A program made the position numbers and the translations under genes. DNA of 62,753 bases, filler included, from an uncultured Methanosarcinales archaeon (lineage in GTDB: Archaea; Nanobdellota; Nanobdellia; Woesearchaeales; CAZXZL01), in the NCBI GenBank assembly GCA_964645415.1. It is 4 parts of 4 records of this genome, joined end to end, with 100 filler letters (N's around TTAATTAATTAA, not from the genome) between each part and the next. Parts side by side here need not be neighbours in the genome. Positions count along the whole stretch, not along the records: positions 1 to 17,060 come from CAZXZL010000021.1; positions 17,161 to 32,680 come from CAZXZL010000022.1; 2 more parts are not named here. One strand, 5' to 3'. Positions within the stretch are counted from its first letter, which is position 1; every line of letters begins with the position of its first letter. Shown one piece after another: positions 10,696-23,549 of this stretch. The notes under the pieces were generated by a model, which did no database searches, was not told where the DNA came from, and worked only from the letters and a program-made list of their open reading frames with translations.

Positions 10696-11064
10696 ATGAA
10701 AAAAATGTTTTTAGTAGGATTATTAGTTTCTGTTTTTTTATTAGCTGCTTGTCAAGTAGATGAAACAATTGAAGAAGAACCAGGAGAAGAAATTAGAACT
10801 ATTGAAGTAGAAGGATATGGAAGAACTTTTGAACCAGATGTAATTGATGTCGAAGTTGGAGAAGAAGTTGAATTTGTTTTTAAAAATACAGGTGGGACTC
10901 ATGATTTAGTCATTCCTGAACTAGATATTGGTACTGATGTTATTAATGAAGGTGAAACAGATAGTTTTACATATACTTTTGATGAAACTGGAACTATTTT
11001 ATTTGAGTGTAGTGTTGGTAGTCATGCTGAAGAAGGAATGGTCGGAGAAATTATTGTTTCCTAA
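10696..11064 (+). CDS. Cupredoxin (plastocyanin/halocyanin-like) lipoprotein
   Basis: Lipobox LAAC. Type-1 copper ligands H (GTHDL) and C-x4-H-x4-M (CSVGSHAEEGM). SD GGTGG. Confidence 0.85.
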   Translation: MKKMFLVGLLVSVFLLAACQVDETIEEEPGEEIRTIEVEGYGRTFEPDVIDVEVGEEVEFVFKNTGGTHDLVIPELDIGTDVINEGETDSFTYTFDETGTILFECSVGSHAEEGMVGEIIVS

Positions 11065-11168
11065 TTTTTCTTTTTTTCTTTTTATTTAATTAATACATTC
11101 ACTAAAAAATTCTTAGATGAACATTTTTTATTATAAAATTATATAAATTGAAAACATATTACAAAAAT

Positions 11169-12224
11169 ATGAATAAAAAGAATATTGGTATTATTAAAAG
11201 TAATGAGTATGGAAACATTAATGGAAAAGAAATTAAATTAGCTTTGGATGATAAAGAAATTGAATTTTATAATGAAAGAATATTGAAAGTAAATATGAGT
11301 GAATCAGATATAAATAAATTAAAATCTATTTATTCAATAAGAGAATATGGAAAACTAATAAAAGTAATAAATAATGAGAATTTTCTTGAAGAATTTAAAA
11401 AAATTAAGTGGGAAAATCATATTGAAAATCCTTATTATATAGAAAAAATTCCAGCTATACCTAAAATTAAATATAACCGAATAAAAAAAGATATTAATAT
11501 TTTAAAAACAAAAGACATTTGTGATAAAATTTGGTTTTACTTGAAAGATATCAATTTCAATCCAAAAGTAGACTTAGATAATTTTAAGACAAAGATATCT
11601 TTTTTTGTTACAAAAGATTATACTGCAATTATTAAAAATGTGAAAAAAGGAAATCAATCTTTTGAATCCAGATCAAATAATAATAGACCGTTTAGACATC
11701 CAACTACTTTAAAACCAAAATTAGCAAGAATTGTTATAAATTACCTTTCTATTTTTAATGAAGATGAAATTAGTATTATTGACCCTTTTTGTGGTACTGG
11801 AGGTTTTCTTTTAGAATTATGTTCTTTAAAAAAAGAGCTTAATAAGAAATGGAATATTTATGGAAATGATATAAAAGAAGATATGATTGATGGTTCTAAA
11901 AAGAATTTAAAACACTATGGATTTAGTTCAAAATTATTTAATCAAGATACATTTAACCTTGATATTAAGGTTGATTATTTAGTTTCTGATATTCCTTATG
12001 GTAAACATAGTTTTACAAGTGATAAAATGACTGAGATGATAAAGAGATTTATAAAATGGATAAGATTTCATATTGAAAAAAAATCTTGTATTGTTTTTCC
12101 TAAAAAATATCAAGAAGAATTTGAAAAGGAATGTAATCACTTTGATATGAAAATAGAAGAATTGGATGAGATTTATGTTCATGGAACTCTTTCACGAAAA
12201 ATAGCACTGATCTCTAAGAATTAG
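11169..12224 (+). CDS. Trm11/TrmG10-family tRNA guanine-N2 methyltransferase
   Basis: Motifs RPFRHPTTLKPKLAR, IIDPFCGTGG, DIPYG and YVHGTLSR. Start could be TTG 11148 or ATG 11169. Confidence 0.8.
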   Translation: MNKKNIGIIKSNEYGNINGKEIKLALDDKEIEFYNERILKVNMSESDINKLKSIYSIREYGKLIKVINNENFLEEFKKIKWENHIENPYYIEKIPAIPKIKYNRIKKDINILKTKDICDKIWFYLKDINFNPKVDLDNFKTKISFFVTKDYTAIIKNVKKGNQSFESRSNNNRPFRHPTTLKPKLARIVINYLSIFNEDEISIIDPFCGTGGFLLELCSLKKELNKKWNIYGNDIKEDMIDGSKKNLKHYGFSSKLFNQDTFNLDIKVDYLVSDIPYGKHSFTSDKMTEMIKRFIKWIRFHIEKKSCIVFPKKYQEEFEKECNHFDMKIEELDEIYVHGTLSRKIALISKN

Positions 12225-12244
12225 TTATTATTATAAATCTAAAG

Positions 12245-14023
12245 TTAAATTCCCCATGTAGGTTGTTGTTCTCTTTTAATATTAGAAATTTCTTTTAATA
12301 TCTCTATTTCTTTATCAGTTAAGTACTTCTGTGAATCTTTATATTGCCTAAATTCTTCTTGATTTAAATTACAATATAATTCATCATTCTCATTTATTTG
12401 TCTACCTACTGTAACTCCATCTATTGATATTGGTACTTTCATGCCAGATTTTGCTTCACTTATATTTTCTTGTTTATCATTTTTAATTGATTTAATTAAG
12501 CCAACAGTTCTTGAATTTTTTGTTAAAAGTTGAGCTTGTGTTTTTATTTTTCCTGAAATTACTTCTACTCCTACAATAGCAGGATTATTTTGTCTAAATA
12601 CATAACCTGGAAGGATTCTAAATTTACCTATTGGTGAAAGTTTTTCTAATTTTTCTTTTTCAAGTGATATTTTTTTCTTATCATGCCAAATTTCATATCC
12701 TTCGATTAATTGATAAATTACTTGATTAATAAAAACCATTACTTCTTCTGAATTTATATTTAGTCCTTTCTCAACATCAACATTAAATCCTAATATTGCT
12801 CCATAAAGTGGATTTTTTTTCCTTACTGATTCTGCAACAGCGATATCTTTTTTATTTATATTTCCAATTCCGGTATATTTTACAGGAATATCATTTTTCT
12901 TTAAAAGGTTCATTAATGCTTCAAGAGATCCTAATGAATCAGCTTTAATTACAACACCCATTTCATCGTTTTCAAAGATTACCTCTGATGTTTCTTTTTT
13001 AATTTCTTTTATTGCATTTTCTTCAGAAATATTTCTTAATGATCTTATTGGCATTCCTGCGATTGCACTTTCTAATTTTTTTGCAGAAATTCTAACTCCT
13101 GTTGCTGCAACTGCTTCATCAACAGTCATCATTTTAACTTTTTTATCTCTTATTTCACTAAGTTTCTTTGGTTGATAAATTGCTCTAATATTTGTAATTA
13201 TAGGTTCTCCAAGGTTTCCAATTATTATATTATCATCTTTTTTCAAAAAACCATCATAAAGAATAACATCAATACATTCTCCACGACCTTTTACTCTTTT
13301 TACTTCTAAAATAGAACCTTTCGCATCACTATCAGTGTTAATTTTTAAAGAATCTTTTAGAAAATTCTGAGATAGTCCAGAAACTAAAGCTAAAAGTTCA
13401 CTAATCCCTTCACCAGTAATTGCAGATGTTGGGACAATTGAAACAGTTTTTGAAAAGTCATCAACTCTATCAAATCTCTCTGATTGAATTCCAACCTCAC
13501 TTAATGATCCAACAATAGAATAGATCTTCTTATCAACTTCCGCTTTAACTCTTGATGATTGACTATTTATATCTTCTAATATGTCTTTATCTTTAAAACT
13601 AGTCCAACTTTTTAAACGATCGATCTTATTTGCTGCTATAATAAAAGGAGTTTTATACTCTTTTAATATTTCAACAGCTTCATATGTTTGTGGTTTAAAA
13701 CCTTCATTTATATCTACAACTACAATTGCAATATCAGCTAAATTACCTCCTCTTTTTCTCATATTCATAAATGCTTCATGTCCAGGAGTATCAATAAATA
13801 ATAAAGAAGGAATATCTAAATTAAATTTCATTTGTTTTAAAAACTTCCCTGAGATTCTTTCTATAACATCTTTAGGGATTATAGATGCTCCAATCTCTTG
13901 AGTAATCCCTCCTGATTCTTGATGAATAATACTACTATCTCTAATAAAATCTAATATACTTGATTTTCCATGATCTACATGCCCTACAACAGTACATATA
14001 GGAGATCTTATTTTTTCACTCAT
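12245..14023 (-). CDS. infB: Translation initiation factor aIF5B (IF-2)
   Basis: MSEKIRSPICTVVGHVDHGKS, GGITQEIGA, DTPGHEAF and NKID motifs, archaeal-type length. Likely start is 14023, not 14125. Confidence 0.97.
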   Translation of the reverse strand: MSEKIRSPICTVVGHVDHGKSSILDFIRDSSIIHQESGGITQEIGASIIPKDVIERISGKFLKQMKFNLDIPSLLFIDTPGHEAFMNMRKRGGNLADIAIVVVDINEGFKPQTYEAVEILKEYKTPFIIAANKIDRLKSWTSFKDKDILEDINSQSSRVKAEVDKKIYSIVGSLSEVGIQSERFDRVDDFSKTVSIVPTSAITGEGISELLALVSGLSQNFLKDSLKINTDSDAKGSILEVKRVKGRGECIDVILYDGFLKKDDNIIIGNLGEPIITNIRAIYQPKKLSEIRDKKVKMMTVDEAVAATGVRISAKKLESAIAGMPIRSLRNISEENAIKEIKKETSEVIFENDEMGVVIKADSLGSLEALMNLLKKNDIPVKYTGIGNINKKDIAVAESVRKKNPLYGAILGFNVDVEKGLNINSEEVMVFINQVIYQLIEGYEIWHDKKKISLEKEKLEKLSPIGKFRILPGYVFRQNNPAIVGVEVISGKIKTQAQLLTKNSRTVGLIKSIKNDKQENISEAKSGMKVPISIDGVTVGRQINENDELYCNLNQEEFRQYKDSQKYLTDKEIEILKEISNIKREQQPTWGI

Positions 14024-14230
14024 CTTAATCACAAAAAGGAAAAATTTCTCCTCAATACATGTAATTTTACAAAATATATAAACTTTTTCAAATATAAATT
14101 GAAAATTAACACTTCTAAATAACAAATTCGGAGCATAGAAGAGTTAAAAAAGAAAGATTTAAATACTAGGGTTAAAGTATAGTAAATAAGTTATACTCTT
14201 ATTTTAAATAATAAGGGGGAATGATAAAAA

Positions 14231-14401
14231 ATGGCTGATTTATTAGTTGTAAAAGCAAAGGTAAAAGAAGTTGCGAAAGGTATGAATGTCAGTGGAGATT
14301 TTGCTGAAGAATTAAATAACAAAGTAGAAGATATGATCTTCGAAGCTATGAACAGAGCAAAAGCTAACGGTAGAAAAACTGTCATGGCAAAAGACCTTTA
14401 A
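14231..14401 (+). CDS. Short histone-fold protein (56 aa, DUF1931/face-to-face type), not in ORF track
   Basis: Translates to MADLLVVKAKVKEVAKGMNVSGDFAEELNNKVEDMIFEAMNRAKANGRKTVMAKDL, with the RKTVxxxD motif. TATA at 14158, GGGGGA SD, poly-T tract downstream. Confidence 0.9.
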   Translation: MADLLVVKAKVKEVAKGMNVSGDFAEELNNKVEDMIFEAMNRAKANGRKTVMAKDL

Positions 14402-14526
14402 TTCGCATATTAATTTTTTTCTTTTTTTTTCTTTTCTATTTTATTCTTGATATCTTTAATTTAACCTTATGTTCTTTTAAAAATAATTTATGTATTAATC
14501 TTCTTTGAAAATAGTATTCGTTGAAT

Positions 14527-14632
14527 CATCTTCGATGGTTGTATTCGTGTTTAGCTAAAGAAAGTAGAAATCAAAATCATCTAAAAATAAAATAATAAAA
14601 GATTATAAAAACAGAAACAAAAAGAAATGTCT
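14527..14632. repeat. Degenerate partial copy of the dispersed intergenic repeat
   Basis: CATCTTCGATG matches about 32888. GTAGAAATCAAAATCATCT..TTATAAAAACA matches 17545-17600 and the reverse complement of 32200-32265. Confidence 0.65.
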
Positions 14633-14695
14633 GTTAATTACTTATTTCTAAATACATACTGAAAACTTTAAATATGTTTATTACTATTAGTTTTT

Positions 14696-15166
14696 ATGAC
14701 AAAACATGTTAAGTTCTTAAATAATAAGGAAAAAAAAGAGTTACTAAATGAAATCTATCATCACTGGGAAGTTGATTTGAGGGACTTCTTCGAAGATCTT
14801 ATTGTGAATATTTCGAGTAATAATAAGATCTATTTAATTAAAAGAGATATTATGAGACTGGATTTAAATTTTGAATTAACTGGTTCTATCGGACTTTATT
14901 TTGGAAAAAAAGAAAATGATGGAATAAGAGTTTCAATACAAGGATCTCAGTTGATTAAGGATACTGATTATAAATTAAAATTAGATAAAAAATTAGCAAA
15001 AAGATATTATAATAATGAAAAAATTAATGTTTCTGATCTTAATTATAAACAGAATCCATACTTATTAGTAACTTATGAAGATTTAATTTTAGGCTGTGAT
15101 AAAGTAAAAAATGGAAAAATAATTAATTATGTTAATAAAAATATTTCTGGTACAACTCTGTTTTAG
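14696..15166 (+). CDS. NIP7/PUA-like RNA-associated protein
   Basis: SIGLYFGKKENDGIRVSIQGSQL and a C-terminal PUA-like YLLVTYEDLILGC. TATA at 14667. Confidence 0.6.
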   Translation: MTKHVKFLNNKEKKELLNEIYHHWEVDLRDFFEDLIVNISSNNKIYLIKRDIMRLDLNFELTGSIGLYFGKKENDGIRVSIQGSQLIKDTDYKLKLDKKLAKRYYNNEKINVSDLNYKQNPYLLVTYEDLILGCDKVKNGKIINYVNKNISGTTLF

Positions 15167-15215
15167 CTTATTTAATTAAAAAACTTTAAATATTGTCTAC
15201 TCTCTAAATTGGTAT

Positions 15216-17060
<1,845 letters not shown>

Positions 17061-17160
17061 NNNNNNNNNNNNNNNNNNNNNNNNNNNNNNNNNNNNNNNN
17101 NNNNTTAATTAATTAANNNNNNNNNNNNNNNNNNNNNNNNNNNNNNNNNNNNNNNNNNNN
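17061..17160. other. Artificial contig linker (N44-TTAATTAATTAA-N44)
   Basis: 100-bp N run with a six-frame-stop palindrome. Identical linkers at 32681 and 48291. Confidence 0.97.
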
Positions 17161-17169
17161 TATAAACTG

Positions 17170-17695
17170 TTTTTTACTTAGATGATTTCCCCTCAAATTT
17201 TATCAAATTTTATCACACTTTTAAATTTGTAATTTAACAAGTTCTAAACTTTAGTTTAGTAATTTGATCAGGATGGTACCATTCTAAAGAATGGCACTGT
17301 TGTTCCCATAATATTCTATTTCTTTTTGCTTCTTTTTTTATAAGCTTCTTTTTTTCTTTAGATGATTTTGCCCTACACACTGCACTTAAACGAAGAAATA
17401 TTCTTTAGGTAAAACGTAGCTATTTTCGTAGAAGATAAAACGTAGACTAATTGCTAAGTTAAAAAAAAGTGAAGCTTTTTGAACCTAAAAAAGTTAAGAA
17501 GATAAAGTGCTAAAGAGTGTAGAAAATGAAAACCTAAAGAGTGTCGAAATCAAAATCATCTTAGAGAAAAAAAAGATAGAATTTTATAAAAACAAAAATA
17601 AAATTGAATAGAATACTATAGGAACCACTGTCCTATACGAAGTATAGTAATATCATTACCCATTTTGATAAAAATCAAAGTAAATCGTAAAATAT
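17170..17695. repeat. About 520-bp composite non-coding repeat; inverted copy at 32135-32650
   Basis: For example, 17210-17281 is the reverse complement of about 32548-32620. Contains hairpin copies at 17271-17297 (+) and 17630-17655 (-). Confidence 0.9.
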
Positions 17696-17765
17696 ATAAA
17701 TCACATTAAAGGAAGTTTTTTAGTCTATTTATGAGATATTCTCTCATGAATGTGAGGTGATTCTA

Positions 17766-18005
17766 ATGGTAAATTATTATAATGTGGATAAAGATGATAA
17801 TCCGGTGGAAGCTGGTTTCGTTGAGGGTTTTAATGATTTTGATAAAGAACGTCATTGTGAATATTGTGGTAAAGAAATTGATGACTTTGATGATCCTGTT
17901 GTAAAATCTCATGAGGGAGAATTACTTTACTTTTGTTCAGAAGAGTGCTTTATGAGTTTTAAAAAAGAAGTAGATGATTTTATTGACGAAGGATCTGAGG
18001 AATAA
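17766..18005 (+). CDS. Small YHS/TRASH-type metal-binding protein
   Basis: CEYCGKEI...LYFCSEEC motif. SD GAGGTG upstream. Confidence 0.75.
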   Translation: MVNYYNVDKDDNPVEAGFVEGFNDFDKERHCEYCGKEIDDFDDPVVKSHEGELLYFCSEECFMSFKKEVDDFIDEGSEE

Positions 18006-19115
18006 TTAATTAAATAACTTTGAAAAAAATCCTCTGTTGTTTAAGTTTTCATCTAATTCTTTAATTAATTCTTTTTCTTTTTTATTTACTTTCTTTGGAA
18101 TTTTAACTTTCACTTTCAAATATAAGTCTCCTCTTCTATTAGACTTCATGATAGGCATACCTAAGTTTTTAAGCCTTAATTTATTATTAGGTTGAATCCC
18201 TTTAGGAATTTCAACATCAATCTTTTTATCAAAATGTTTAAGTTTAAATTCACAACCTAAAATAGCTTTTGTAAAAGGTATTTCTATTTCTCTTAAAAGA
18301 TCATTGTTTTTCCTTTCATAATCAGAATTCTTATTAATATTTACTTTAATGTATAAGTTTCCTTTATGATCGGTCATATTCCCCATACCATTAAGTCTAA
18401 TTGTATCTCCGTCTCTAATTCCTTTTGGTATATCAATAGTAATATTCTCTTTTTTAGTTACTCTACCTTTTCCTTTACAAGTAGAACATTTATTTTTTAT
18501 TATCTTTCCTGAACCATTACATCTATCACAAACTCCGGTTCTTTTCATCATTCCAAAAGGAGTTCTTGATGTTTGTGTGATTCTTCCACTTCCATTACAT
18601 TTAGGACAAGTATTCATATCACTTCTATTTTCTGCACCTGTTCCTTTACAATCATCACATAATGTTTTTCTAGTATAATTAACTTCTTTAGAATTTCCAA
18701 AGTAAGAGTCTTTTAAATCAATATTTAGTCTTATTCTTAAATCGCTTCTACTTCTTCTTTTATTTTGGTGAAAATTACCTCTTCTTCTTTGATTAAAGAA
18801 ATCATCAAAGAAATCTCCTCCAAACAAATCATCAAAAACATCTCCAAAACCACCAAAGTTATTAAAATTAAATCCCTGACCGCTACCATCCGGGTCATAT
18901 TCATAACCAGCTCTTTTTGCTTGGTCGTATTCTTTTCTCTTTTTTTCATCTCCTAATACAGAAAAAGCTTCATTAATCTCTTTGAACTTATCTTCACTAT
19001 CTTCACTTTTATTTCTATCAGGATGATATTTTTTAGCAAGCTCTTTATATGCTTTTTTAATTTCTTTTTTCGTAGCGTCTTCTGAAACTCCAAGTATATC
19101 ATAATAATCTTTCAT
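18006..19115 (-). CDS. dnaJ: Chaperone DnaJ
   Basis: J domain with HPD, G/F-rich region and four CxxCxGxG repeats. Confidence 0.97.
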   Translation of the reverse strand: MKDYYDILGVSEDATKKEIKKAYKELAKKYHPDRNKSEDSEDKFKEINEAFSVLGDEKKRKEYDQAKRAGYEYDPDGSGQGFNFNNFGGFGDVFDDLFGGDFFDDFFNQRRRGNFHQNKRRSRSDLRIRLNIDLKDSYFGNSKEVNYTRKTLCDDCKGTGAENRSDMNTCPKCNGSGRITQTSRTPFGMMKRTGVCDRCNGSGKIIKNKCSTCKGKGRVTKKENITIDIPKGIRDGDTIRLNGMGNMTDHKGNLYIKVNINKNSDYERKNNDLLREIEIPFTKAILGCEFKLKHFDKKIDVEIPKGIQPNNKLRLKNLGMPIMKSNRRGDLYLKVKVKIPKKVNKKEKELIKELDENLNNRGFFSKLFN

Positions 19116-19186
19116 CTTTAGAAAAAACACCTTCTTTTTAATAAATCTGTTGAATTTAAATTGATAAATATATAAATAATTTATGA

Positions 19187-19252
19187 TGTTGATTTAAGGT
19201 CAACAATAAAAACTTTTATAAAACCCTTTTTCTTTCGTTGATATGGAGTCAA
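19187..19252. promoter_or_regulatory. Two TTGA-N7-TCAA inverted repeats flanking a TATA box in the dnaJ/grpE divergent region
   Basis: TGTTGA-TTTAAGG-TCAACA (19187-19205) and TTGA-TATGGAG-TCAA (19238-19252), with TTTTATAAA at about 19214. Confidence 0.4.
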
Positions 19253-19253
19253 A

Positions 19254-19895
19254 ATGAATGATAAAAAAAACAGTGAAAATAAGGATTCCTATGAAGATAT
19301 GTCTAGAGATGATTTAATTCAGGAGATAGAGGAATTAAATAAAAAAATCTCTGAAAAAGATTCTAAGATAGATAATTTAAAAGAGAAATTTGATGAAAAA
19401 GAAGAAGAGCTTGATCAGACTATTGATCTATCAAAAAGAATCAAGGCAGATTTTGAAAATTATAAAAAAAGAATGAAAAAAAATCGAAAGAAACTAAGAG
19501 ATAATTTATTAAATGGATTAATCTCAGATATTATTCCTGTTTTAGATAATATTGATTTATCTCTTAATCATTCAAGTTCCAACTTAGAAGATTTTAAAGA
19601 AGGAGTTGAGATGATTTGTGATCAATTAAAAAACTCTTTAGAAAATCATGGTCTTAAAAAACTGAACGTTAAACCAGGAGATGAATACGATCCAAAAATT
19701 CATGAAGCAATACAAATGATTGATAGTGATGATTCAAGTGATGATAAAAAGATTGCTGAAGTTTTGGCTCAAACATATCAGTTAAATGATGATGTTATAA
19801 GACCTGCAAAAGTAAAAGTTTATAAATATAAATCTAAAGAAGATAAAGAATCTAATGAAAAAGAAAATAATTCTAATAACTCAGATAAAAATTGA
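19254..19895 (+). CDS. grpE: Nucleotide exchange factor GrpE
   Basis: ADFENYKKR, YDPKIHEAI and VIRPAKVKV motifs. Lies upstream of dnaK. Confidence 0.95.
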   Translation: MNDKKNSENKDSYEDMSRDDLIQEIEELNKKISEKDSKIDNLKEKFDEKEEELDQTIDLSKRIKADFENYKKRMKKNRKKLRDNLLNGLISDIIPVLDNIDLSLNHSSSNLEDFKEGVEMICDQLKNSLENHGLKKLNVKPGDEYDPKIHEAIQMIDSDDSSDDKKIAEVLAQTYQLNDDVIRPAKVKVYKYKSKEDKESNEKENNSNNSDKN

Positions 19896-19928
19896 TTTTA
19901 TTTTTACAATTAAAAAAAGGTGGTTTTT

Positions 19929-21866
19929 ATGTCAAAGAAAGAAAATAAAAAAAATGAAGGAAATAAAAAAACAAAGAAGAAAAAAGTACTTGGTATTGAC
20001 TTAGGTACTACTAACTCTTGTATGGCTATTATGGAAGCTGGTGAAGCAGATGTTGTTCCAAACTCTGAAGGTTCTAGAACAACACCTTCTGTTGTAACTA
20101 TAAAAGAGGATGATGTGACTGTTGGGGAGCATGCAAAGAGACAATATATTACTGACCCACAACATACTGTTAGAAGTATTAAAAGACATATGGGTGAAGA
20201 TTATAAAGTAGACATTGAAAACAATGAATATACTCCTCAAGAAGTTTCAGCTTATATTCTTCAAAAAATGAAAAAAGATGCTGAAGAATATATCGGTGAG
20301 AAAATTGAAGATGCTGTAATTACAGTGCCTGCTTATTTTACTGATTCTCAAAGGCAAGCAACAAAAGATGCTGGAAAGATTGCTGGACTTAATGTTCTTA
20401 GAATTATTAATGAACCTACAGCAGCTGCTTTAGCTTATGGTTTAAATAAACAAGATAAAGAACATAATATTTTAGTATATGATTTTGGTGGAGGTACTTT
20501 TGATGTATCTATTCTTGAAGTTGGAGATGGTGTTATTGAAGTAAAAGCAACAAGTGGTGATAATCATCTTGGTGGTGATGATATTGATGAGGCTTTAATT
20601 GACCATTTTGTTGATTCTTTCAAAGAAGAACATGGTGTTGATTTAAGGTCTGAAAAAGATGCTATTCAAAGACTGAAAGAAGCTGCTGAAAAAGCAAAAA
20701 TTGAATTATCTTCAAAGAAATCAACAGAAGTTAGTATTCCATATATTTATTCAGATAATTCAGGTCCAAAGCATCTTAAGATGACTTTATCAAGAGCAAA
20801 ACTTGAAGAGTTGATGGAACCTATCATTGAAAAAACAATTAAACCTACTAAACAAGCATTGAAAGATGCTGAAATGAGTTCCAGTGACATTGAGAAGATT
20901 ATTTTAATTGGTGGATCAACAAGAATTCCATTAGTTAGAAAAAAATTAAATGATATCTTTAATAAAAATCCAGACAGACATGTAAATCCTGATGAAGCAG
21001 TAGCTATTGGTGCTGCACTTCAAGGAGGGGTTTTAGCTGGTGAAGCAAAAGATATCTTACTTTTAGATGTTACTCCATTGTCTTTAGGTATTGAAACATT
21101 AGGTGGTGTTTTTACTAAATTAATTGAAAAAAACACAACAATCCCTGTAAAAAAATCAAAAACATTTACTACTGCAGAAGACAATCAAAATGCAGTAACT
21201 ATTAGGGTTTATCAGGGAGAAAGACCAATGGCAAAAGATAATCATTTCCTTGGTCAGTTTGATTTAGTGGGAATCCCTCCAGCTCCGAAAGGTACTCCTC
21301 AAGTAGAAGTAACTTTTGATATTGATTCAAATGGTATTTTGAATGTAAGTGCAAAAGATAAAGGAACTGGAAAAGAACAGAAAATTGTAATTTCAGAAAC
21401 AGCTAATCTATCTGAAGATGAAATTGAAGAGATGAAAGAGCAAGCAGAAAAGTTTGAAGAAGAAGATAAGAAGAAAAAAGAAAGAGCAGAAAAAATTAAT
21501 CAAGCACACTCTCTTGTAAACTCTGTTGATAAAACTAAAGAACAATTAGGAGATAAAGTTGATGAATCTAAATTTGAAGAAGTTGATGAGATTAAAGAAG
21601 AATTAGAGGAATTAATTAAAAAAGGAGAGAAAGGTTATGATCAATTAAGTGATGATGATGTAGAGAAAATTGAGAAGAAAAAAGATAAACTTTCTGAAAA
21701 ACTTCAAGAGATTAGTAAAGAACTTTATCAACAAGCACAAGGTGCTCAAGGACAACCTGGTCCTGGTGGAGTAAACCCTGGTGCAAACCAAAAGAAAGAA
21801 TCTAGTGATGATGATGAAGATGTTGTAGAAGGAAATTACAAAGAAAATGAAGATGGTAAAAATTAA
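19929..21866 (+). CDS. dnaK: Chaperone DnaK (Hsp70)
   Basis: [32 protein letters not shown] and [11 protein letters not shown] motifs. Confidence 0.98.
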   Translation: MSKKENKKNEGNKKTKKKKVLGIDLGTTNSCMAIMEAGEADVVPNSEGSRTTPSVVTIKEDDVTVGEHAKRQYITDPQHTVRSIKRHMGEDYKVDIENNEYTPQEVSAYILQKMKKDAEEYIGEKIEDAVITVPAYFTDSQRQATKDAGKIAGLNVLRIINEPTAAALAYGLNKQDKEHNILVYDFGGGTFDVSILEVGDGVIEVKATSGDNHLGGDDIDEALIDHFVDSFKEEHGVDLRSEKDAIQRLKEAAEKAKIELSSKKSTEVSIPYIYSDNSGPKHLKMTLSRAKLEELMEPIIEKTIKPTKQALKDAEMSSSDIEKIILIGGSTRIPLVRKKLNDIFNKNPDRHVNPDEAVAIGAALQGGVLAGEAKDILLLDVTPLSLGIETLGGVFTKLIEKNTTIPVKKSKTFTTAEDNQNAVTIRVYQGERPMAKDNHFLGQFDLVGIPPAPKGTPQVEVTFDIDSNGILNVSAKDKGTGKEQKIVISETANLSEDEIEEMKEQAEKFEEEDKKKKERAEKINQAHSLVNSVDKTKEQLGDKVDESKFEEVDEIKEELEELIKKGEKGYDQLSDDDVEKIEKKKDKLSEKLQEISKELYQQAQGAQGQPGPGGVNPGANQKKESSDDDEDVVEGNYKENEDGKN

Positions 21867-21902
21867 ACCATCTTTTTTTATTTTTTATTTTAGGTGATTA
21901 AA

Positions 21903-23525
21903 ATGAATCGTAATATGCAACCTATTTTTATACTGCCTGATGATTCTAAGAGAGATTCTGGAAAGAACGCTCAGAAAAATAATATTGCTGCATCAAAAGC
22001 TGTTTCAGATGCAATAAAAAGTACTCTTGGACCAAAAGGAATGGACAAAATGTTAGTTGACTCACTTGGTGAGGTTACAGTTACAAATGATGGTGCTGCT
22101 ATTTTAGAGGAAGTAGAAATCTCTCATCCTGCAGCAAAAATGATTGTTGAGATTTCAAAAACACAAGAATCAGAAGTTGGTGATGGAACTACTTCTGCTG
22201 TTGTTTTAGCTGGTGAATTATTAAAGAATGCTGAAAATTTATTAGATAAAAACATACATCCTACATTAATTATAAAAGGTTATCAGATGGCTAATCAAAA
22301 AGCTATAGAAGTCTTAAATGATTTATCTATTGATGTTGATGTAGACGATAGAGATACATTGAAAAAAATCTCCATGACTGCTATGACTGGAAAGGGTGCC
22401 GAATCATCTAAAGAATTTTTATCCGATATTTTAGTTGATGCAATTAATATTGCAACTGAAGATAATAAATTTGATCAAGAAAATATCAAAATCGAAAAAA
22501 TGTCTGGTAGTGATGTTGATGATAGCGAATTAATAAAAGGAATTCTTCTTGATAAAAGTAGAGTACATAGTGATATGGATAAAAAAATAGATGATGCTAA
22601 TATTCTTCTTTTAACATCACCTATTGAAGTAAAAAATACTGAGATTGATGCAAACATTCAGATTAATGATCCTTCCCAAATACAAGGATTTATTGATCAA
22701 GAAGATAAGATACTAAAGCAAAAAGTAAAGAAAATTAAAGAGCTTGGTGCAAATGTTGTTTTCTGTCAAAAAGGAATTGATGATGCTGCTCAATCTTACT
22801 TAGCAAAGAATGGAATCTTTGCAATAAGAAGAGTTAAGAAAAAAGATATGTCACGATTAGCAAGAGCAACTGGTGCAAAATTAATCTCTGGTTTAGAAGA
22901 TGCTTCAAAATCTGATTTAGGTAATGCTGGATTAGTTGAAGAAAAAATTATTGGTAATGAAGAAATGACTGTTGTAAGTAATTCTTCAGAAACTAATACT
23001 GCAACCATCTTATTAAGAGGTGGAAGTGATCATATTGTTACAGAAATTAAAAGAGCATTTGAAGATGCGATTGGTGATATTAAGTGTGTAATAGAAAGTG
23101 GAAAAGTTTTACCTGGTGCAGGTGCGATTGAAGTTGAGTTATATCAAAAACTTAAAGATTTTGCATCTAAACATTCTGGAAGGATTCAACTTGCACTAGA
23201 AGCATTTGCTGAATCTATGTTAGTTATTCCTAAAGCATTATCTGAAAATGCTGGTCTTGATCCTATAGATGTAATCACTCATCTTAATAAAGAACATGAC
23301 TCAGGAAATAAACATTCTGGAGTTAACATAGATACAGGAAAATCTGTTGATTCTGTTAAAGAAGGAATTATTGAACCATTTAATTTAAAAGTTCATGCAC
23401 TAAATTCAGCAAGAGAAGTTGCTGTAATGATTCTTAGGATTGATGATGTTATTTCTTCATCTCCTAAAAATGATAAAACACCACAAAATCAACAGATGCC
23501 ACAAAATTTACCTAACTTAGGTTAA
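21903..23525 (+). CDS. ths: Thermosome subunit (group II chaperonin)
   Basis: [28 protein letters not shown] and ILRIDDVI motifs. Confidence 0.97.
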   Translation: MNRNMQPIFILPDDSKRDSGKNAQKNNIAASKAVSDAIKSTLGPKGMDKMLVDSLGEVTVTNDGAAILEEVEISHPAAKMIVEISKTQESEVGDGTTSAVVLAGELLKNAENLLDKNIHPTLIIKGYQMANQKAIEVLNDLSIDVDVDDRDTLKKISMTAMTGKGAESSKEFLSDILVDAINIATEDNKFDQENIKIEKMSGSDVDDSELIKGILLDKSRVHSDMDKKIDDANILLLTSPIEVKNTEIDANIQINDPSQIQGFIDQEDKILKQKVKKIKELGANVVFCQKGIDDAAQSYLAKNGIFAIRRVKKKDMSRLARATGAKLISGLEDASKSDLGNAGLVEEKIIGNEEMTVVSNSSETNTATILLRGGSDHIVTEIKRAFEDAIGDIKCVIESGKVLPGAGAIEVELYQKLKDFASKHSGRIQLALEAFAESMLVIPKALSENAGLDPIDVITHLNKEHDSGNKHSGVNIDTGKSVDSVKEGIIEPFNLKVHALNSAREVAVMILRIDDVISSSPKNDKTPQNQQMPQNLPNLG

Positions 23526-23549
23526 TTTTTTTTCTTTTTTTCTTTAAAA

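Noticed and set aside
14191..14385. 64-aa minus-strand ORF
   Set aside because: Antisense shadow of the histone gene at 14231-14401.
17105..17116. TTAATTAATTAA palindrome as a biological site
   Set aside because: It is embedded in N runs and repeated identically at each gap, so it is a synthetic six-frame-stop linker.
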